A stretch of 64,000 bases of DNA from contig CAJIYR010000004.1 in assembly GCA_905181735.1 (NCBI GenBank), positions 1,225 through 65,224 on the forward strand. The letters run 5' to 3'. The stretch comes from an uncultured Hyphomicrobiales bacterium (GTDB lineage Bacteria; Pseudomonadota; Alphaproteobacteria; Rhizobiales; TMED25). Shown in pieces: positions 53,639 to 63,959 of this stretch; within the stretch, counting starts at the first letter, position 1, and every line of letters begins with the position of its first letter. Under the pieces are notes generated by a model. It was not told the origin of the DNA. It worked only from the letters and a program-made list of their open reading frames with translations, and made no database searches. The translations under genes and the position numbers were made by a program.

Positions 53639-56110
53639 TTACAGTGTTCGTTCAATGGTTTCAAGTTCATAACACTCTATGATATCGCCTTGTTTTATAT
53701 CCTGATGATTTTTAAACGCGATGCCACATTCTTGGCCAACTCGAACTTCTTTAACTTCCTCTGTAAATCTTTTTAGAGTTGATAATTTTCCTTCATGAAT
53801 AACTACACTATCTCTAATAAGTCGAAGATTTTCTTTATTTTTAACTATACCATCTGTCACCGTGCATCCTGCAATTTTACCAACTTTAGAAATATAAAAT
53901 ACCTCTAATACCTTTGCATTACCCACAATAGTTTCTTTGATTGTTGGGTCAAGCATTCCAGATAGAGCTGATTTGATATCATCAATAAGATTATATATTA
54001 TAGAGTACTGTCTTATTTCAATGCTATCTTTGTCGGCAAGAGCTTTTGCTTGCACATTTGGTCTTACATTAAATGCTATAATCAGTGCATTTGATGCTAG
54101 CGCAAGTGAAATATCTGATTCAGTTACCCCACCAACCCCTCCGTGTATTAATCTTACAGCAACTTCTTCTGTGGAAAGATTGTTTATAGCGGTTGAGATA
54201 TCTTCAACAGATCCTTGTGCATCACCCTTAAGCAGTACAGGCAATTCTTTAAGCTCTTTTTCTTTAAGTTGACCCATCATATATTCAAGTGTTGTTCGTT
54301 TTCCTACTCCGCTAGCATAGTTATCCTTTAATTTTCTTTTTCTATATTCTGTGATCTCTCTTGCTCTTGATTCACTTGCTATCACAGCGAATTGATCTCC
54401 TGCCTCTGGTATTCCGTTTATTCCCAATACTTCTACAGGCATAGATGGAATGGCTTCTTTTATGCTTTCTCCTTGATCGTTTGTTAAGGCTCTTACTTTG
54501 CCCCATTGCGAACCTAAAACAACAATATCGCCAATATTTAGTTTTCCTCTTTGCACCAGAACAGTCGCAACTGGACCTCTTCCACGATCTAAGGTTGATT
54601 CAATAACTATACCATCAGCTGCTCTATTTGGATTTGCAGTTAATTCTAACAATTCAGATTGCAATGATATTGCATCTAGCAGCTTATCTAAATTTTGTTT
54701 TTTTAAAGCTGAAACCTCCACTTCTAAGATATCTCCACTCATTGATTCAACAATAATACCGTGCTGTAACAGTTCATTTCTTACTCTATTTGGATCAGCA
54801 CCTTCTACGTCAATTTTATTTATTGCTACAATAATTGGAACACCAGCTTCTTTAGAATGGTTAATTGCTTCAATTGTTTGAGGCATAACACCGTCATCGG
54901 CTGCTACAACTAAGACTACAATATCAGTTGCTTTTGCTCCTCTAGCCCTCATAGATGTAAATGCAGCATGCCCAGGTGTATCAAGAAATGTAATTATGTT
55001 GTTTGAATTTGTGGTTAATTGATAGGCGCCTATATGTTGGGTTATGCCTCCGGCTTCTCCAGTAACAACATTTGTTTTTCGTAGGGCATCTAACAAAGAT
55101 GTTTTACCATGATCTACGTGTCCCATTATTGTCACAACAGGTGCTCGGGATTCTAGATTTTCTGATAAATCATCGTTACCATGTAATCCCTCTTCTACAT
55201 CTGCATCAGAAACCCTTTTAACTATGTGTCCCATCTCTTCCGCTATTAATTGAGCAGTATCTGCATCTATTGTATCGGTGATTTTAGACATCTGGCCTTG
55301 TTTCATTAGAAGCTTTATTACATCAACCGATCTTTCGGCCATTCTATTTGCAAGTTCTTGTATTGTTATTGCTTCTGGAAGAATAACTTCTCTACTAATT
55401 TTTTGTTGAATATCAAAACCAAGAGATTGCCTTTTTTCACGTTCACGGCGTCTCCTTATGGACGCTAATGAGCGATGTCGAGGAGTATCATCTAGAGCTT
55501 TGGTAACAGTTAGTTTTGTTTTCCTTCGTTCGTCTTGGCCAAGTGTTTTAGTTTGTTTTAAATTTGTCTTTTTTCTCCCTTCCTGATCATCATCTATTGA
55601 TTCTTCACTTACAGGAGATCTTTTGTTCTTTCGTGAATTTTCTGCCTCAGTATCAGCGGCTTCCTTTTTAGGTATATTAACGTTATCTTTGTCATCATCG
55701 CCTTGATTTTTTTTGCTGTTTACTTCTAAATCTTCACGTAAAAATTGTTCAGGGCTCTCATTGAGCTTTTTTTCTTTATTTTTAGATATTTCTGTTTCTT
55801 TATTTTTAGATTCAATTAAAGCCTGCGTACGCGCGTCCTGTTCGCTTGTTGTAAGAGTACTGTTATTTAGCCCAGCATCTAAAGGTTCTTTACTTATAGC
55901 TTTTTCTTTATTAAAAACATTATCTGCATCACTAATGGCATCTGTAGGCCTAATAATTCTTTTTCTCTTTGTCTCTACAATTACAGAATTTGACCTGCCT
56001 TGAGAAAAGCTTGATTTAACCTGATTTGGGCTTATTGCCCCTTTTAGACTAAGAGTTTTCTTACCTGTTAGTGAAAGTTTTTTTTCTGTTGTGTCTTTTA
56101 TATCTGTCAT
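53639..56110 (-). CDS. infB: translation initiation factor IF-2
   Basis: [32 protein letters not shown]. Confidence 0.98.
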   Translation of the reverse strand: MTDIKDTTEKKLSLTGKKTLSLKGAISPNQVKSSFSQGRSNSVIVETKRKRIIRPTDAISDADNVFNKEKAISKEPLDAGLNNSTLTTSEQDARTQALIESKNKETEISKNKEKKLNESPEQFLREDLEVNSKKNQGDDDKDNVNIPKKEAADTEAENSRKNKRSPVSEESIDDDQEGRKKTNLKQTKTLGQDERRKTKLTVTKALDDTPRHRSLASIRRRREREKRQSLGFDIQQKISREVILPEAITIQELANRMAERSVDVIKLLMKQGQMSKITDTIDADTAQLIAEEMGHIVKRVSDADVEEGLHGNDDLSENLESRAPVVTIMGHVDHGKTSLLDALRKTNVVTGEAGGITQHIGAYQLTTNSNNIITFLDTPGHAAFTSMRARGAKATDIVVLVVAADDGVMPQTIEAINHSKEAGVPIIVAINKIDVEGADPNRVRNELLQHGIIVESMSGDILEVEVSALKKQNLDKLLDAISLQSELLELTANPNRAADGIVIESTLDRGRGPVATVLVQRGKLNIGDIVVLGSQWGKVRALTNDQGESIKEAIPSMPVEVLGINGIPEAGDQFAVIASESRAREITEYRKRKLKDNYASGVGKRTTLEYMMGQLKEKELKELPVLLKGDAQGSVEDISTAINNLSTEEVAVRLIHGGVGGVTESDISLALASNALIIAFNVRPNVQAKALADKDSIEIRQYSIIYNLIDDIKSALSGMLDPTIKETIVGNAKVLEVFYISKVGKIAGCTVTDGIVKNKENLRLIRDSVVIHEGKLSTLKRFTEEVKEVRVGQECGIAFKNHQDIKQGDIIECYELETIERTL

Positions 56111-56116
56111 ATTTTT

Positions 56117-56677
56117 TTATCTTATATAGTTGTTATATTGGGCGATAGAGTTAATTATTATATTTGCCATATTACCTGTTTTAACACATAAATGCACAGT
56201 ATTTTCTTTTCCAATAATTTTACTTATTTCATCAGTATCGAATATATTGAACATAAAAATATCTTTACCACACGCTGACTCTAATTTTTTTTTCCCATCA
56301 ATTCCAGCATCGCTAGCTGTAAAAAGTATCCTTGTTAGCTTATTTTTTATGCAATCTAAAACTTTTGTATACCCCAATACTACATCGCCCGCTTTTATTG
56401 CAATGTTAATATTATTTGAAATTTCTTTCTTGTATAAATTTTCTATTTTTGAAGCCAAATCACTTATCTCAATAGTCTTTATATTTAATTCATTGTTAAA
56501 AATATTTTCTTTAATAGCTAACTGTATAATATTTTTATTTGATTTAATCCACAGTTCGTTTCCAGGTAACTTTTTTTTTAAATCGGGTATGATTCTATCA
56601 TTTGACGTAACAACTAAACGCAACATCGCATCTGTTGGTAACGTTTCCTTTGTTGCTATGCAGGTTCGATGTTCCAT
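56117..56677 (-). CDS. YlxR/DUF448 plus L7Ae-like RNA-binding protein
   Basis: RTCIAT...LR.V...PDL..KLPG, then KAG.VV.G and A.DA..DG..KL; lies between nusA and infB. Confidence 0.8.
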   Translation of the reverse strand: MEHRTCIATKETLPTDAMLRLVVTSNDRIIPDLKKKLPGNELWIKSNKNIIQLAIKENIFNNELNIKTIEISDLASKIENLYKKEISNNINIAIKAGDVVLGYTKVLDCIKNKLTRILFTASDAGIDGKKKLESACGKDIFMFNIFDTDEISKIIGKENTVHLCVKTGNMANIIINSIAQYNNYIR

Positions 56678-56682
56678 ATTTT

Positions 56683-58341
56683 TTATTTCAGTATCCTTGC
56701 ATTTTTTAGTTTGGTAGCTTTTACAATTGCTTTTTCTTTTTCGTCGTCAATTATTATATTAACTTTTTCATTTTTATTTAGGTCTTCTTCGGTTATCCAG
56801 CCTGCTTTAACTCTTGCATCCATGATCATTTTTTCTGCTTGCTGCGCATTGATGCTAAAACTGCTAAATATTCCAGGATACTTCTTGTTGCCGTCTTCAT
56901 TTTTTTCAACCCAACCAGTTAGGTCATCAGTTATAGAACCGGCAAAATCATCTAATGATTTTATACCATTTTCTCCTAGCTTAACTAACATGTCTGTTGT
57001 TAGTCCATCTATGGAAAGCAGGTCATCCGAAACACCTATTTTAATTCTTTTTTTATCTTGTGTGATAGTTCTTTCATCAAGATAGGTCCTGGCTCTTTGC
57101 TGTATTTCGATTGCAGTATCTTCGTCAAATCCGTCTATATCAATTATCTCTTTAATTTCAACGTAAGTTAAATCTTCAATTGATGTAAACCCTTCTGAAA
57201 CTAATAGTTGTGCTATTACTTCATCTACATCAAGTGCCTCAATAAATATATTACTCCGTTCGACAAACTCGCTTTGCCTTCTTTCTGATTCAGTAGCTTC
57301 AGTCAGTATATCAATATCCCAGCCAGTTAATTGGCAAGCTAATCTAACATTCTGACCCTTTCTACCAATTGCTAAAGAGAGATGTTCGTCGGGAACCACA
57401 ACTTCAATTCTTTCTATTTCTTCGTCTAGAACTACTTTTGATACTTCTGCTGGGGCTAATGAATTTATAATGAATGTTGCTATATCCGGGTTCCATTTAA
57501 TGATGTCAATTTTTTCACCCTGTAATTCATTGACAACAGCTTGCACGCGACTTCCTCTCATTCCAACACAAGCGCCAACCGGGTCTATACTTGTATCGTT
57601 TGATCTAACGGCTATTTTAGCCCTACTTCCAGAATCTCTCGATACTCCAACTATTTCAACAATTCCATCATAAATTTCAGGAACTTCTTGGGTAAATAAT
57701 TTTGTCATAAACTGATTGTGTGTTCTAGAAAGAAATATTTGAGGCCCTCTTTGTTCCCTTTTAACTTCATGGATATAAGCTAAAACTCTATCCCCATTTC
57801 TAAAGACCTCACGAGGTAGTAGTTCATCTCTACGCACTATGGCTTCTGTTTTTCCAAGATCAACAATAATATTTCCGTACTCAACTCTTTTTACAATACC
57901 GGATATTATCTCTCCAACTCTATTTTTAAATTCTTCAAATTGACGATCTCTTTCAGCATCGCGTACTTTTTGAAATATCACTTGTTTTGCATTTTGTGCG
58001 GCTATCCTTCCAAATTCAATTGGTGGAAGCTCTTCTGAAATATAATCTCCTATTTCTGCGTCCAAATTTTTTAATTTAGCATACTCAAGGCTAATTTCTG
58101 TAGAATCATTTTCAACTGTTTCAACTACTTCAAGGAGCCTGGCAAGATTTGTTTGACCTGTTTTTGGATCAATTTCAGCACGAATCTCATTTTCAGCACC
58201 GTAACGTGATTTAGCAGCCTTTTGTATTGCGTCTTCCATCGCCTCTATAACAATTGATTTATCTATAGACTTATCACGTGCAACAGCATCTGCTATTTGC
58301 AACAATTCTAAACGGTTTGCGCTTACGCCACTTTGTGCCAT
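56683..58341 (-). CDS. nusA: transcription elongation factor NusA
   Basis: FGRIAAQ.AKQ, EVPEI, DPVGACVG.RGSR, AIGRKGQN, acidic repeats. Confidence 0.98.
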   Translation of the reverse strand: MAQSGVSANRLELLQIADAVARDKSIDKSIVIEAMEDAIQKAAKSRYGAENEIRAEIDPKTGQTNLARLLEVVETVENDSTEISLEYAKLKNLDAEIGDYISEELPPIEFGRIAAQNAKQVIFQKVRDAERDRQFEEFKNRVGEIISGIVKRVEYGNIIVDLGKTEAIVRRDELLPREVFRNGDRVLAYIHEVKREQRGPQIFLSRTHNQFMTKLFTQEVPEIYDGIVEIVGVSRDSGSRAKIAVRSNDTSIDPVGACVGMRGSRVQAVVNELQGEKIDIIKWNPDIATFIINSLAPAEVSKVVLDEEIERIEVVVPDEHLSLAIGRKGQNVRLACQLTGWDIDILTEATESERRQSEFVERSNIFIEALDVDEVIAQLLVSEGFTSIEDLTYVEIKEIIDIDGFDEDTAIEIQQRARTYLDERTITQDKKRIKIGVSDDLLSIDGLTTDMLVKLGENGIKSLDDFAGSITDDLTGWVEKNEDGNKKYPGIFSSFSINAQQAEKMIMDARVKAGWITEEDLNKNEKVNIIIDDEKEKAIVKATKLKNARILK

Positions 58342-58371
58342 TTTATCTCCAATTCTATGTCTTACAATTAT

Positions 58372-58908
58372 TTAATTATTATTTGCTAAAGAAATTAAAT
58401 CATCAGTCATAATTAATTTAGCTAAACTTATTTTTTCAAAAGGTATCCCAATAATTTGACGTTCATCATAGCCGTCAATTTCCATTTTTAACAAGACTTC
58501 ATTATCCTGAGTTCCTTCGATTAGCCCACGAAAATTTTTTCTGTCCGCAAGTATCTCTCTTAACTCTATTTTTGCTTCTAAGCCAATATTTCTTTCAAAA
58601 TCTATAATTCTTACAAGAGGTCTATCTATTCCAGGTGAGGATACCTCTAGTCTATATTTATCTGAGATAAGGTCTTCAATATCCATAACAGGAGAAAGTA
58701 CTCTACTAATTTTAGAGCAATCTGATATTACTAAAGTACCGTCTTCTTTTTCGGCCATAATCTGTAATATATTGTGATCTCCACCTATCATTTTAATTCT
58801 GACAAGTTGGTAACCCATGTTTTCTATTAAAGGTTCAACTATAGAAGCAATTTTCTCCTCTTCCATTGTTTCATTATTAATTCTTATTTTTTTATTTTTC
58901 TCTTTAAT
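58372..58908 (-). CDS. rimP: ribosome maturation factor RimP
   Basis: LQIMAE, DC..ISR, YRLEVSSPGIDRPL. Start is uncertain: proposed ATT 58908 (AGGAG + 7 nt), alternative ATG 58866. The ORF-track start at 58974 runs through a terminator hairpin. Confidence 0.93.
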   Translation of the reverse strand: MKEKNKKIRINNETMEEEKIASIVEPLIENMGYQLVRIKMIGGDHNILQIMAEKEDGTLVISDCSKISRVLSPVMDIEDLISDKYRLEVSSPGIDRPLVRIIDFERNIGLEAKIELREILADRKNFRGLIEGTQDNEVLLKMEIDGYDERQIIGIPFEKISLAKLIMTDDLISLANNN

Positions 58909-58936
58909 TTTTTTTCTCCTTTTTTGCTTTATATAC

Positions 58937-58960
58937 AAAAAAAGGGCTTTTAAGGAGCCC
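58937..58960 (-). terminator. intrinsic terminator/attenuator in rimP-nusA leader
   Basis: Minus strand GGGCT-ccttaaa-AGCCC-TTTTTTT. Confidence 0.7.
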
Positions 58961-58995
58961 GAAAATTTATACAAAACTATAATTAGGAATAACTT

Positions 58996-59024
58996 ATTAT
59001 AAATTTCTATTATAAGAAATACAA
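58996..59024 (-). promoter_or_regulatory. sigma70 promoter of rimP-nusA-infB operon
   Basis: Minus strand TTGTAT (59024-59019)-N17-TATAAT (59001-58996). Confidence 0.6.
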
Positions 59025-59030
59025 GTCATT

Positions 59031-59714
59031 TTAAATAATATTTTTTTTAAACATTAAATACACAGGCTTGTTATTCGATTTAATAGATTTATTTTCATAT
59101 TTTGTAAGAGGACCCTTTATTAATCGGGTTCTCCAGTCATTGGCGTCATGGACTAACCATTCAAATAATTTGCTTTTCTGCATATACAGTAATATCCAAT
59201 GTTGGTAATCTTTTGAATCTGTTGCAATTATTATTTTACCATCTTTCTTTAAAATTCTTGAATACTCTTTAATGGAACTTTCATTAATAATTCTTCTTTT
59301 GTTATGTCTAGATTTAGGCCAAGGGTCAGGGAAAAGTATATAAATTCTTGAAATTGTTTCAGATTTTATTGATTCAATTAGAGTTATTGCATCATGGTTG
59401 TATATTTTAATATTTTTAATATTTTCTTTAACGATTATTTTTAAAAGATTTGTAATTCCATTGAGGAATGGCTCTGCACCAATAATGCCAATATTTGGGT
59501 TAGAATAAGCCTGAAATGCTGTATGCTCACCATAACCGAACCCAATCTCAAGAAACACATCTTGTTCTTGTGAAAAGTTAGATAAATGTCCATTGTTATC
59601 AATATCTATAATAAATTTAGGAAGAACATCATCTAGTAAAGACTTTTTTTCATCGCTTAGTTTGTATAGTTTTTTCCTGCCATGCAATCTATTTGTATTT
59701 TTATTTTCTTCCAT
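59031..59714 (-). CDS. trmB: tRNA (guanine-N7)-methyltransferase
   Basis: LEIGFG.GEH, G.EP, FPDPWPK.RH.KRR, ATD, TKYE.K. Confidence 0.96.
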   Translation of the reverse strand: MEENKNTNRLHGRKKLYKLSDEKKSLLDDVLPKFIIDIDNNGHLSNFSQEQDVFLEIGFGYGEHTAFQAYSNPNIGIIGAEPFLNGITNLLKIIVKENIKNIKIYNHDAITLIESIKSETISRIYILFPDPWPKSRHNKRRIINESSIKEYSRILKKDGKIIIATDSKDYQHWILLYMQKSKLFEWLVHDANDWRTRLIKGPLTKYENKSIKSNNKPVYLMFKKNII

Positions 59715-59737
59715 TTGATTAGCAATTTATATAAATT

Positions 59738-60901
59738 TTAAGTCAGTTCACTTAATATATCTTGTATTAAATCTGTCTTTTCCCAAGAGAAGCTGCCGTC
59801 CTCTTCAGGTGTTCTTCCAAAATGCCCATAAGCACTTGTTTTACTATATATAGGTTTATTCAATTGAAGATGATTTCTAATTCCTTTCGGGCTAAGGTCA
59901 ATTATTTTATTAATTACATTTATTAATTTGTCTTCACTGATTTTTGCATCATCTCCTAATTTAACGTATAATGACAAAGGTTTAGAAATACCAATTGCAT
60001 ATGAAATCTGGATTAAACATCTTTTAGATAAACCTGCATGAACGATATTTTTTGCAACATATCTTGCTGCATAGGACGCTGATCTATCCACCTTAGTTGG
60101 GTCTTTTCCTGAAAAAGCCCCGCCTCCATGGGGAGCCGCCCCACCATAAGTATCTACAATTATTTTTCTTCCTGTTAGTCCTGTATCGCCATGTGGCCCA
60201 CCTATTACAAACTTTCCTGTTGGGTTTACTAAAAAATCATCTTCAGAACACATCCAATTTTTAGGGATTACTCTCTCGATATAAGGCCTAATGATTTCGC
60301 GGACTTGTTTTGTATCAATACTTTCTTTATGTTGGCTAGACACTAAAATTTTTCCTACTTTGACGGGCATCCCATTTTCATATAATAGGGTTATTTGGCT
60401 CTTTGCGTCTGGCCCAAGTTCTGTTATCTCTCCATTGTGCCTGGCTTCGGCGATCTGCATAAGTATTTTATTTGCATAATATAAAGGGGCAGGCATTAAT
60501 GTGTCTGTCTCTGCACACGCAAACCCAAACATAATTCCTTGGTCTCCGGCTCCTTCTTCTTTGTAAGCAGTTTCATTTACGCCTTGTGCTATATCAGCTG
60601 ATTGTGAATGTATTTTTGATATTATTTCAACTGTTTTCCAGTCAAAATGCTCTTGTTCGTAACCAATTTTTTTAATACAGTTGCGCACAATGCTTTCGAT
60701 CTCATTCGAAGATATATTTATATTGCTAGTTTCTCCTGATAGAACAACTAGATCAGTTGTAACTAGCGTCTCGATTGCAACTCTGGATTGAGGATTATCT
60801 TTTATATAAGCGTCAAGTAAAGCATCCGATATTTGATCACACACTTTATCTGGGTGTCCTTCAGAAACAGATTCACTTGTAAATAAATATTGGTTTTTCA
60901 T
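59738..60901 (-). CDS. metK: S-adenosylmethionine synthetase
   Basis: FTSESVSEGHPDK, GAGDQG, GLTGRKIIVDTYGG, GGGAFSGKD. Confidence 0.98.
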   Translation of the reverse strand: MKNQYLFTSESVSEGHPDKVCDQISDALLDAYIKDNPQSRVAIETLVTTDLVVLSGETSNINISSNEIESIVRNCIKKIGYEQEHFDWKTVEIISKIHSQSADIAQGVNETAYKEEGAGDQGIMFGFACAETDTLMPAPLYYANKILMQIAEARHNGEITELGPDAKSQITLLYENGMPVKVGKILVSSQHKESIDTKQVREIIRPYIERVIPKNWMCSEDDFLVNPTGKFVIGGPHGDTGLTGRKIIVDTYGGAAPHGGGAFSGKDPTKVDRSASYAARYVAKNIVHAGLSKRCLIQISYAIGISKPLSLYVKLGDDAKISEDKLINVINKIIDLSPKGIRNHLQLNKPIYSKTSAYGHFGRTPEEDGSFSWEKTDLIQDILSELT

Positions 60902-60905
60902 TAAT

Positions 60906-62492
60906 CTAAAATTTTCTATTTTTTTTTCTAATTATAATAATTCTTCTGATATGCATATAATATATAAATATTGATATTACCATCATAATTAAAGTAATGC
61001 TAATCTTGCCATGCTGCGAATAAAATGTTGGGTCTATTTTTTTTGGTAATTTCGACTTTATAATACCAGCTTCTTCTAAAGATAATTTTTTTAAAACCCT
61101 TCCTTTTGGGTCGATTATTGCACTAATTCCGGTATTTGCAACTCTAATTACAGGTAATCCCTCTTCTACCGCTCTAACTTTTGCCATCTCTAGGTGTTGA
61201 TAAGGTCCAGAGCTTCTACCGAACCAGGCATCATTTGTTATATTTAATATCCAATTAGGCCTTGCTTCTTTGGAGTAAGATCTTCCAGAGAATATTATTT
61301 CATAACATATCAAGACGCTAAAACTTTTAGACGTGTTTATTGTTTTTTTTGTACCATGAGAAAATGATCCAGTAAGACCACTTATACTAAATCTAGTAAA
61401 TTTATCTACAAAATTTGAAAAGGGAATATATTCACCAAAAGGAACAAGTATACGCTTGTCGTATTTATCTAAAATTTGTTTATTTTCATTAATTATAAAG
61501 AAGCTATTATAGTATTTATAGAATTTATTTATATTATCCCTTTCTCTTCTAATGGCTCCGGTTAAAAGAAAGGTATTATTATTTAACAAAGATATAATTT
61601 TATCCATTACTTTCCCATCTTCATCAATTAGAACGGGTAGTGCTGTTTCTGGCCATATTATATATTTTTCAGTAAATTCATTATCTTTCTCGTTTAATGT
61701 ATCGGATAGATTAAATATCTTTTCAATTATCAGCTCTTTATATGAGGGAAGCCACTTTATTTTTTGGTCAATGTTGGGCTGGACTAATAGTAGATCTATA
61801 TTTTCATAGGATGTTTTGTTAAGTTTTATAGATTGGTAGCCAAAAAAATAAATTATTATTAACAAAGCTACTGGAAGGCAATATGAATATAACTTTTTCT
61901 TATTTTTCTTAAAAAGAATAACAGGAAAAGAGGCTATGTAAACAATCAATAAAGTTAAACTTAATTCTCCAAATATTGAGGTAATTTGCAGTATAGGATT
62001 GATATTAATTAAGGTATGGCCAATTTGATTCCATGGAAAATTGAATAAATCACCTTTAATGTATTCGATAAATGTCCATGAAACAGATATAGACCATAAT
62101 CTATAAGTATTATTTGGGTAAAACAATGATGCAATTAGAGGAATAAATCCATAGAATAGACCAATTATTAAAGGCACGATAATTATAGCAATTGGTAGAT
62201 AAATATAATAGGAACTTATATCATTTACAAACGCAATGTTAATCCAATACAGGCCAAAGAGAGAGTAGCCAAATCCAAATGACCAACCAATTTTAAAAAG
62301 TTGAAATAAATTTTTCTTATTAAATGGTTTTTGAGAATCAATTATTAAAATAAATAATGGAAATGTTACAAATAATACGAATAAAAAATTTACTGGCGCT
62401 AATGCTAATGACGTTATCGAGCCACAAAAACATGATAATAAGTATTTATTTTTCAATGATAAATTTGATATTTTAGATGCAAGATTAAACAT
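60906..62492 (-). CDS. lnt: apolipoprotein N-acyltransferase
   Basis: Multiple TMs, FPW, VQPNI, WPE, K..LVPFGE, ICYE, NDAWFG. Confidence 0.95.
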   Translation of the reverse strand: MFNLASKISNLSLKNKYLLSCFCGSITSLALAPVNFLFVLFVTFPLFILIIDSQKPFNKKNLFQLFKIGWSFGFGYSLFGLYWINIAFVNDISSYYIYLPIAIIIVPLIIGLFYGFIPLIASLFYPNNTYRLWSISVSWTFIEYIKGDLFNFPWNQIGHTLININPILQITSIFGELSLTLLIVYIASFPVILFKKNKKKLYSYCLPVALLIIIYFFGYQSIKLNKTSYENIDLLLVQPNIDQKIKWLPSYKELIIEKIFNLSDTLNEKDNEFTEKYIIWPETALPVLIDEDGKVMDKIISLLNNNTFLLTGAIRRERDNINKFYKYYNSFFIINENKQILDKYDKRILVPFGEYIPFSNFVDKFTRFSISGLTGSFSHGTKKTINTSKSFSVLICYEIIFSGRSYSKEARPNWILNITNDAWFGRSSGPYQHLEMAKVRAVEEGLPVIRVANTGISAIIDPKGRVLKKLSLEEAGIIKSKLPKKIDPTFYSQHGKISITLIMMVISIFIYYMHIRRIIIIRKKNRKF

Positions 62493-62521
62493 TGTAGATT
62501 ATTTTAACTTTCCATAATGAT

Positions 62522-62986
62522 TTAATCATAAATGATATATGGATTTTCATAGCCTAATATTTTTAATATATTTATTTCTATATTTTCCATTGTGTCAGCA
62601 TCTTCATCAGTTGCATGATTGTACTCTAATAAATGAAGCAGGCCATGTAAAATCATATGTGTGACATGGGCTTCTAGTGTTTTATTTTGTTGCTTACATT
62701 CGGTATCAATATATTCGTACGACAATACTATATCTCCTAACAGAGGTAATCCAGCTGGAAAAGATAATACATTAGTAGGTTTTTTTATACCTCTATATTT
62801 TGTATTTAATTCCTCTATAGTCTTATTGTTTGTATAATAGATACTAATTTCTTGGTATTTCTTGATGTCAACTGATTCCGTGATATCTGTAATAATTTTT
62901 TTTGTGAAATCTTTAATATTTTTAATTTTTCTCCATTTATTTTCATCAATTTTTATATCTACTGTAAGTTCCGCATTATTATTCAT
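62522..62986 (-). CDS. ybeY: rRNA maturation endoribonuclease YbeY
   Basis: LN.KYRG..KPTNVLSF, LGDI, H...HG.LHLL.Y.H. Start set at ATG 62986, an 8-bp overlap with phoH. Confidence 0.95.
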   Translation of the reverse strand: MNNNAELTVDIKIDENKWRKIKNIKDFTKKIITDITESVDIKKYQEISIYYTNNKTIEELNTKYRGIKKPTNVLSFPAGLPLLGDIVLSYEYIDTECKQQNKTLEAHVTHMILHGLLHLLEYNHATDEDADTMENIEINILKILGYENPYIIYD

Positions 62987-63959
62987 TTTCGTAAGCCTTA
63001 ATAATTTTGGATACAAGAGGATGTCGGACAACATCGTTCGATGTAAAACTAATTTGACTTATCTCCGATATATCTGATGTTAGATTTAAGGCATGATTTA
63101 ATCCTGATTCAAACTTATTAGGCAAGTCTATTTGGCTTGGGTCTCCTGTAATAGCCATTTTACTATTCTCACCTAATCTTGTTAAAAACATCTTCATTTG
63201 CATTCTATTACAATTTTGCGCTTCATCGAGTATTATAAAAGCGTTCTCTAATGTTCTTCCTCTCATAAATGCGAGGGGGGCTATTTCTATAGTTCCGTTA
63301 GCTAATCCTCTTTCAACTTTGGTATCAGGAAGGCAATCATATAAAGCGTCATAAAGGGGCTTTAGATAGGGATCCACTTTTTCTTTCATATCCCCAGGCA
63401 AAAAACCAAGTTTTTCTCCAGCTTCAACTGCAGGTCTCGACAGAATAATTTTTGAGACAGTTCCGGTTTCAAGGAATGATGCAGCGGCAGCAACTGCGAG
63501 ATAAGTTTTTCCAGTTCCAGCAGGACCGATGCCAAAAGTTAATGATTTTTTATAGAGTGATTCAATGTAAATATTTTGATTGATAGATCGAGGTAGAATA
63601 GTTTTTTTCTGTGTTTTGATAATAGATTTGTATGATATTTCTTTATTATTTTTTCCCATTTTCTCTCTCGCAAGTCTTATGGAGGCATTTACCTCGTTTA
63701 GACTGATGTTCATTCCAATCTTTTGACGATTATATAATTCATATAGCGTATATTTGGCAATTATAACTGACTTGGAATTGCCAAATATTTGTATTTTATT
63801 TCCTTTAGGTATTGCCTCGACGGATAATTTTTTTTCGATTATATTTAGAATTTCATCATTTTTTCCAAATATATCAACAAGGTGTTTAATGTTATTAAAA
63901 GTCAAACCAATGCAATTATTTGATATTTCAGTTACATTTATATCGTCTAATAATTTCAT
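62979..63959 (-). CDS. phoH: PhoH-like ATPase (YbeZ)
   Basis: GPAGTGKT, RPAVEAGE.LGFLPG, MRGRTL, DEAQN, DVVRHPLV. Confidence 0.95.
   Translation of the reverse strand: MKLLDDINVTEISNNCIGLTFNNIKHLVDIFGKNDEILNIIEKKLSVEAIPKGNKIQIFGNSKSVIIAKYTLYELYNRQKIGMNISLNEVNASIRLAREKMGKNNKEISYKSIIKTQKKTILPRSINQNIYIESLYKKSLTFGIGPAGTGKTYLAVAAAASFLETGTVSKIILSRPAVEAGEKLGFLPGDMKEKVDPYLKPLYDALYDCLPDTKVERGLANGTIEIAPLAFMRGRTLENAFIILDEAQNCNRMQMKMFLTRLGENSKMAITGDPSQIDLPNKFESGLNHALNLTSDISEISQISFTSNDVVRHPLVSKIIKAYENE

Noticed and set aside
54196-54216. IF2 reads GSVEDI where GSxEAI/L is usual
   Set aside because: A single substitution that could be a sequencing error or neutral variant; cannot be judged without reads.
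58270-58285. parS-like CTTATCACGTGCAACA in nusA
   Set aside because: Four mismatches to the consensus, and explained by the VARDK codons.
58909-58974. Long N-terminal extension of RimP in the ORF track
   Set aside because: It runs through the leader terminator and SD, so it is more likely untranslated.
62987-63034. Extended ybeY start overlapping phoH by 56 bp
   Set aside because: ATG 62986 gives a typical short overlap and a normal YbeY length.
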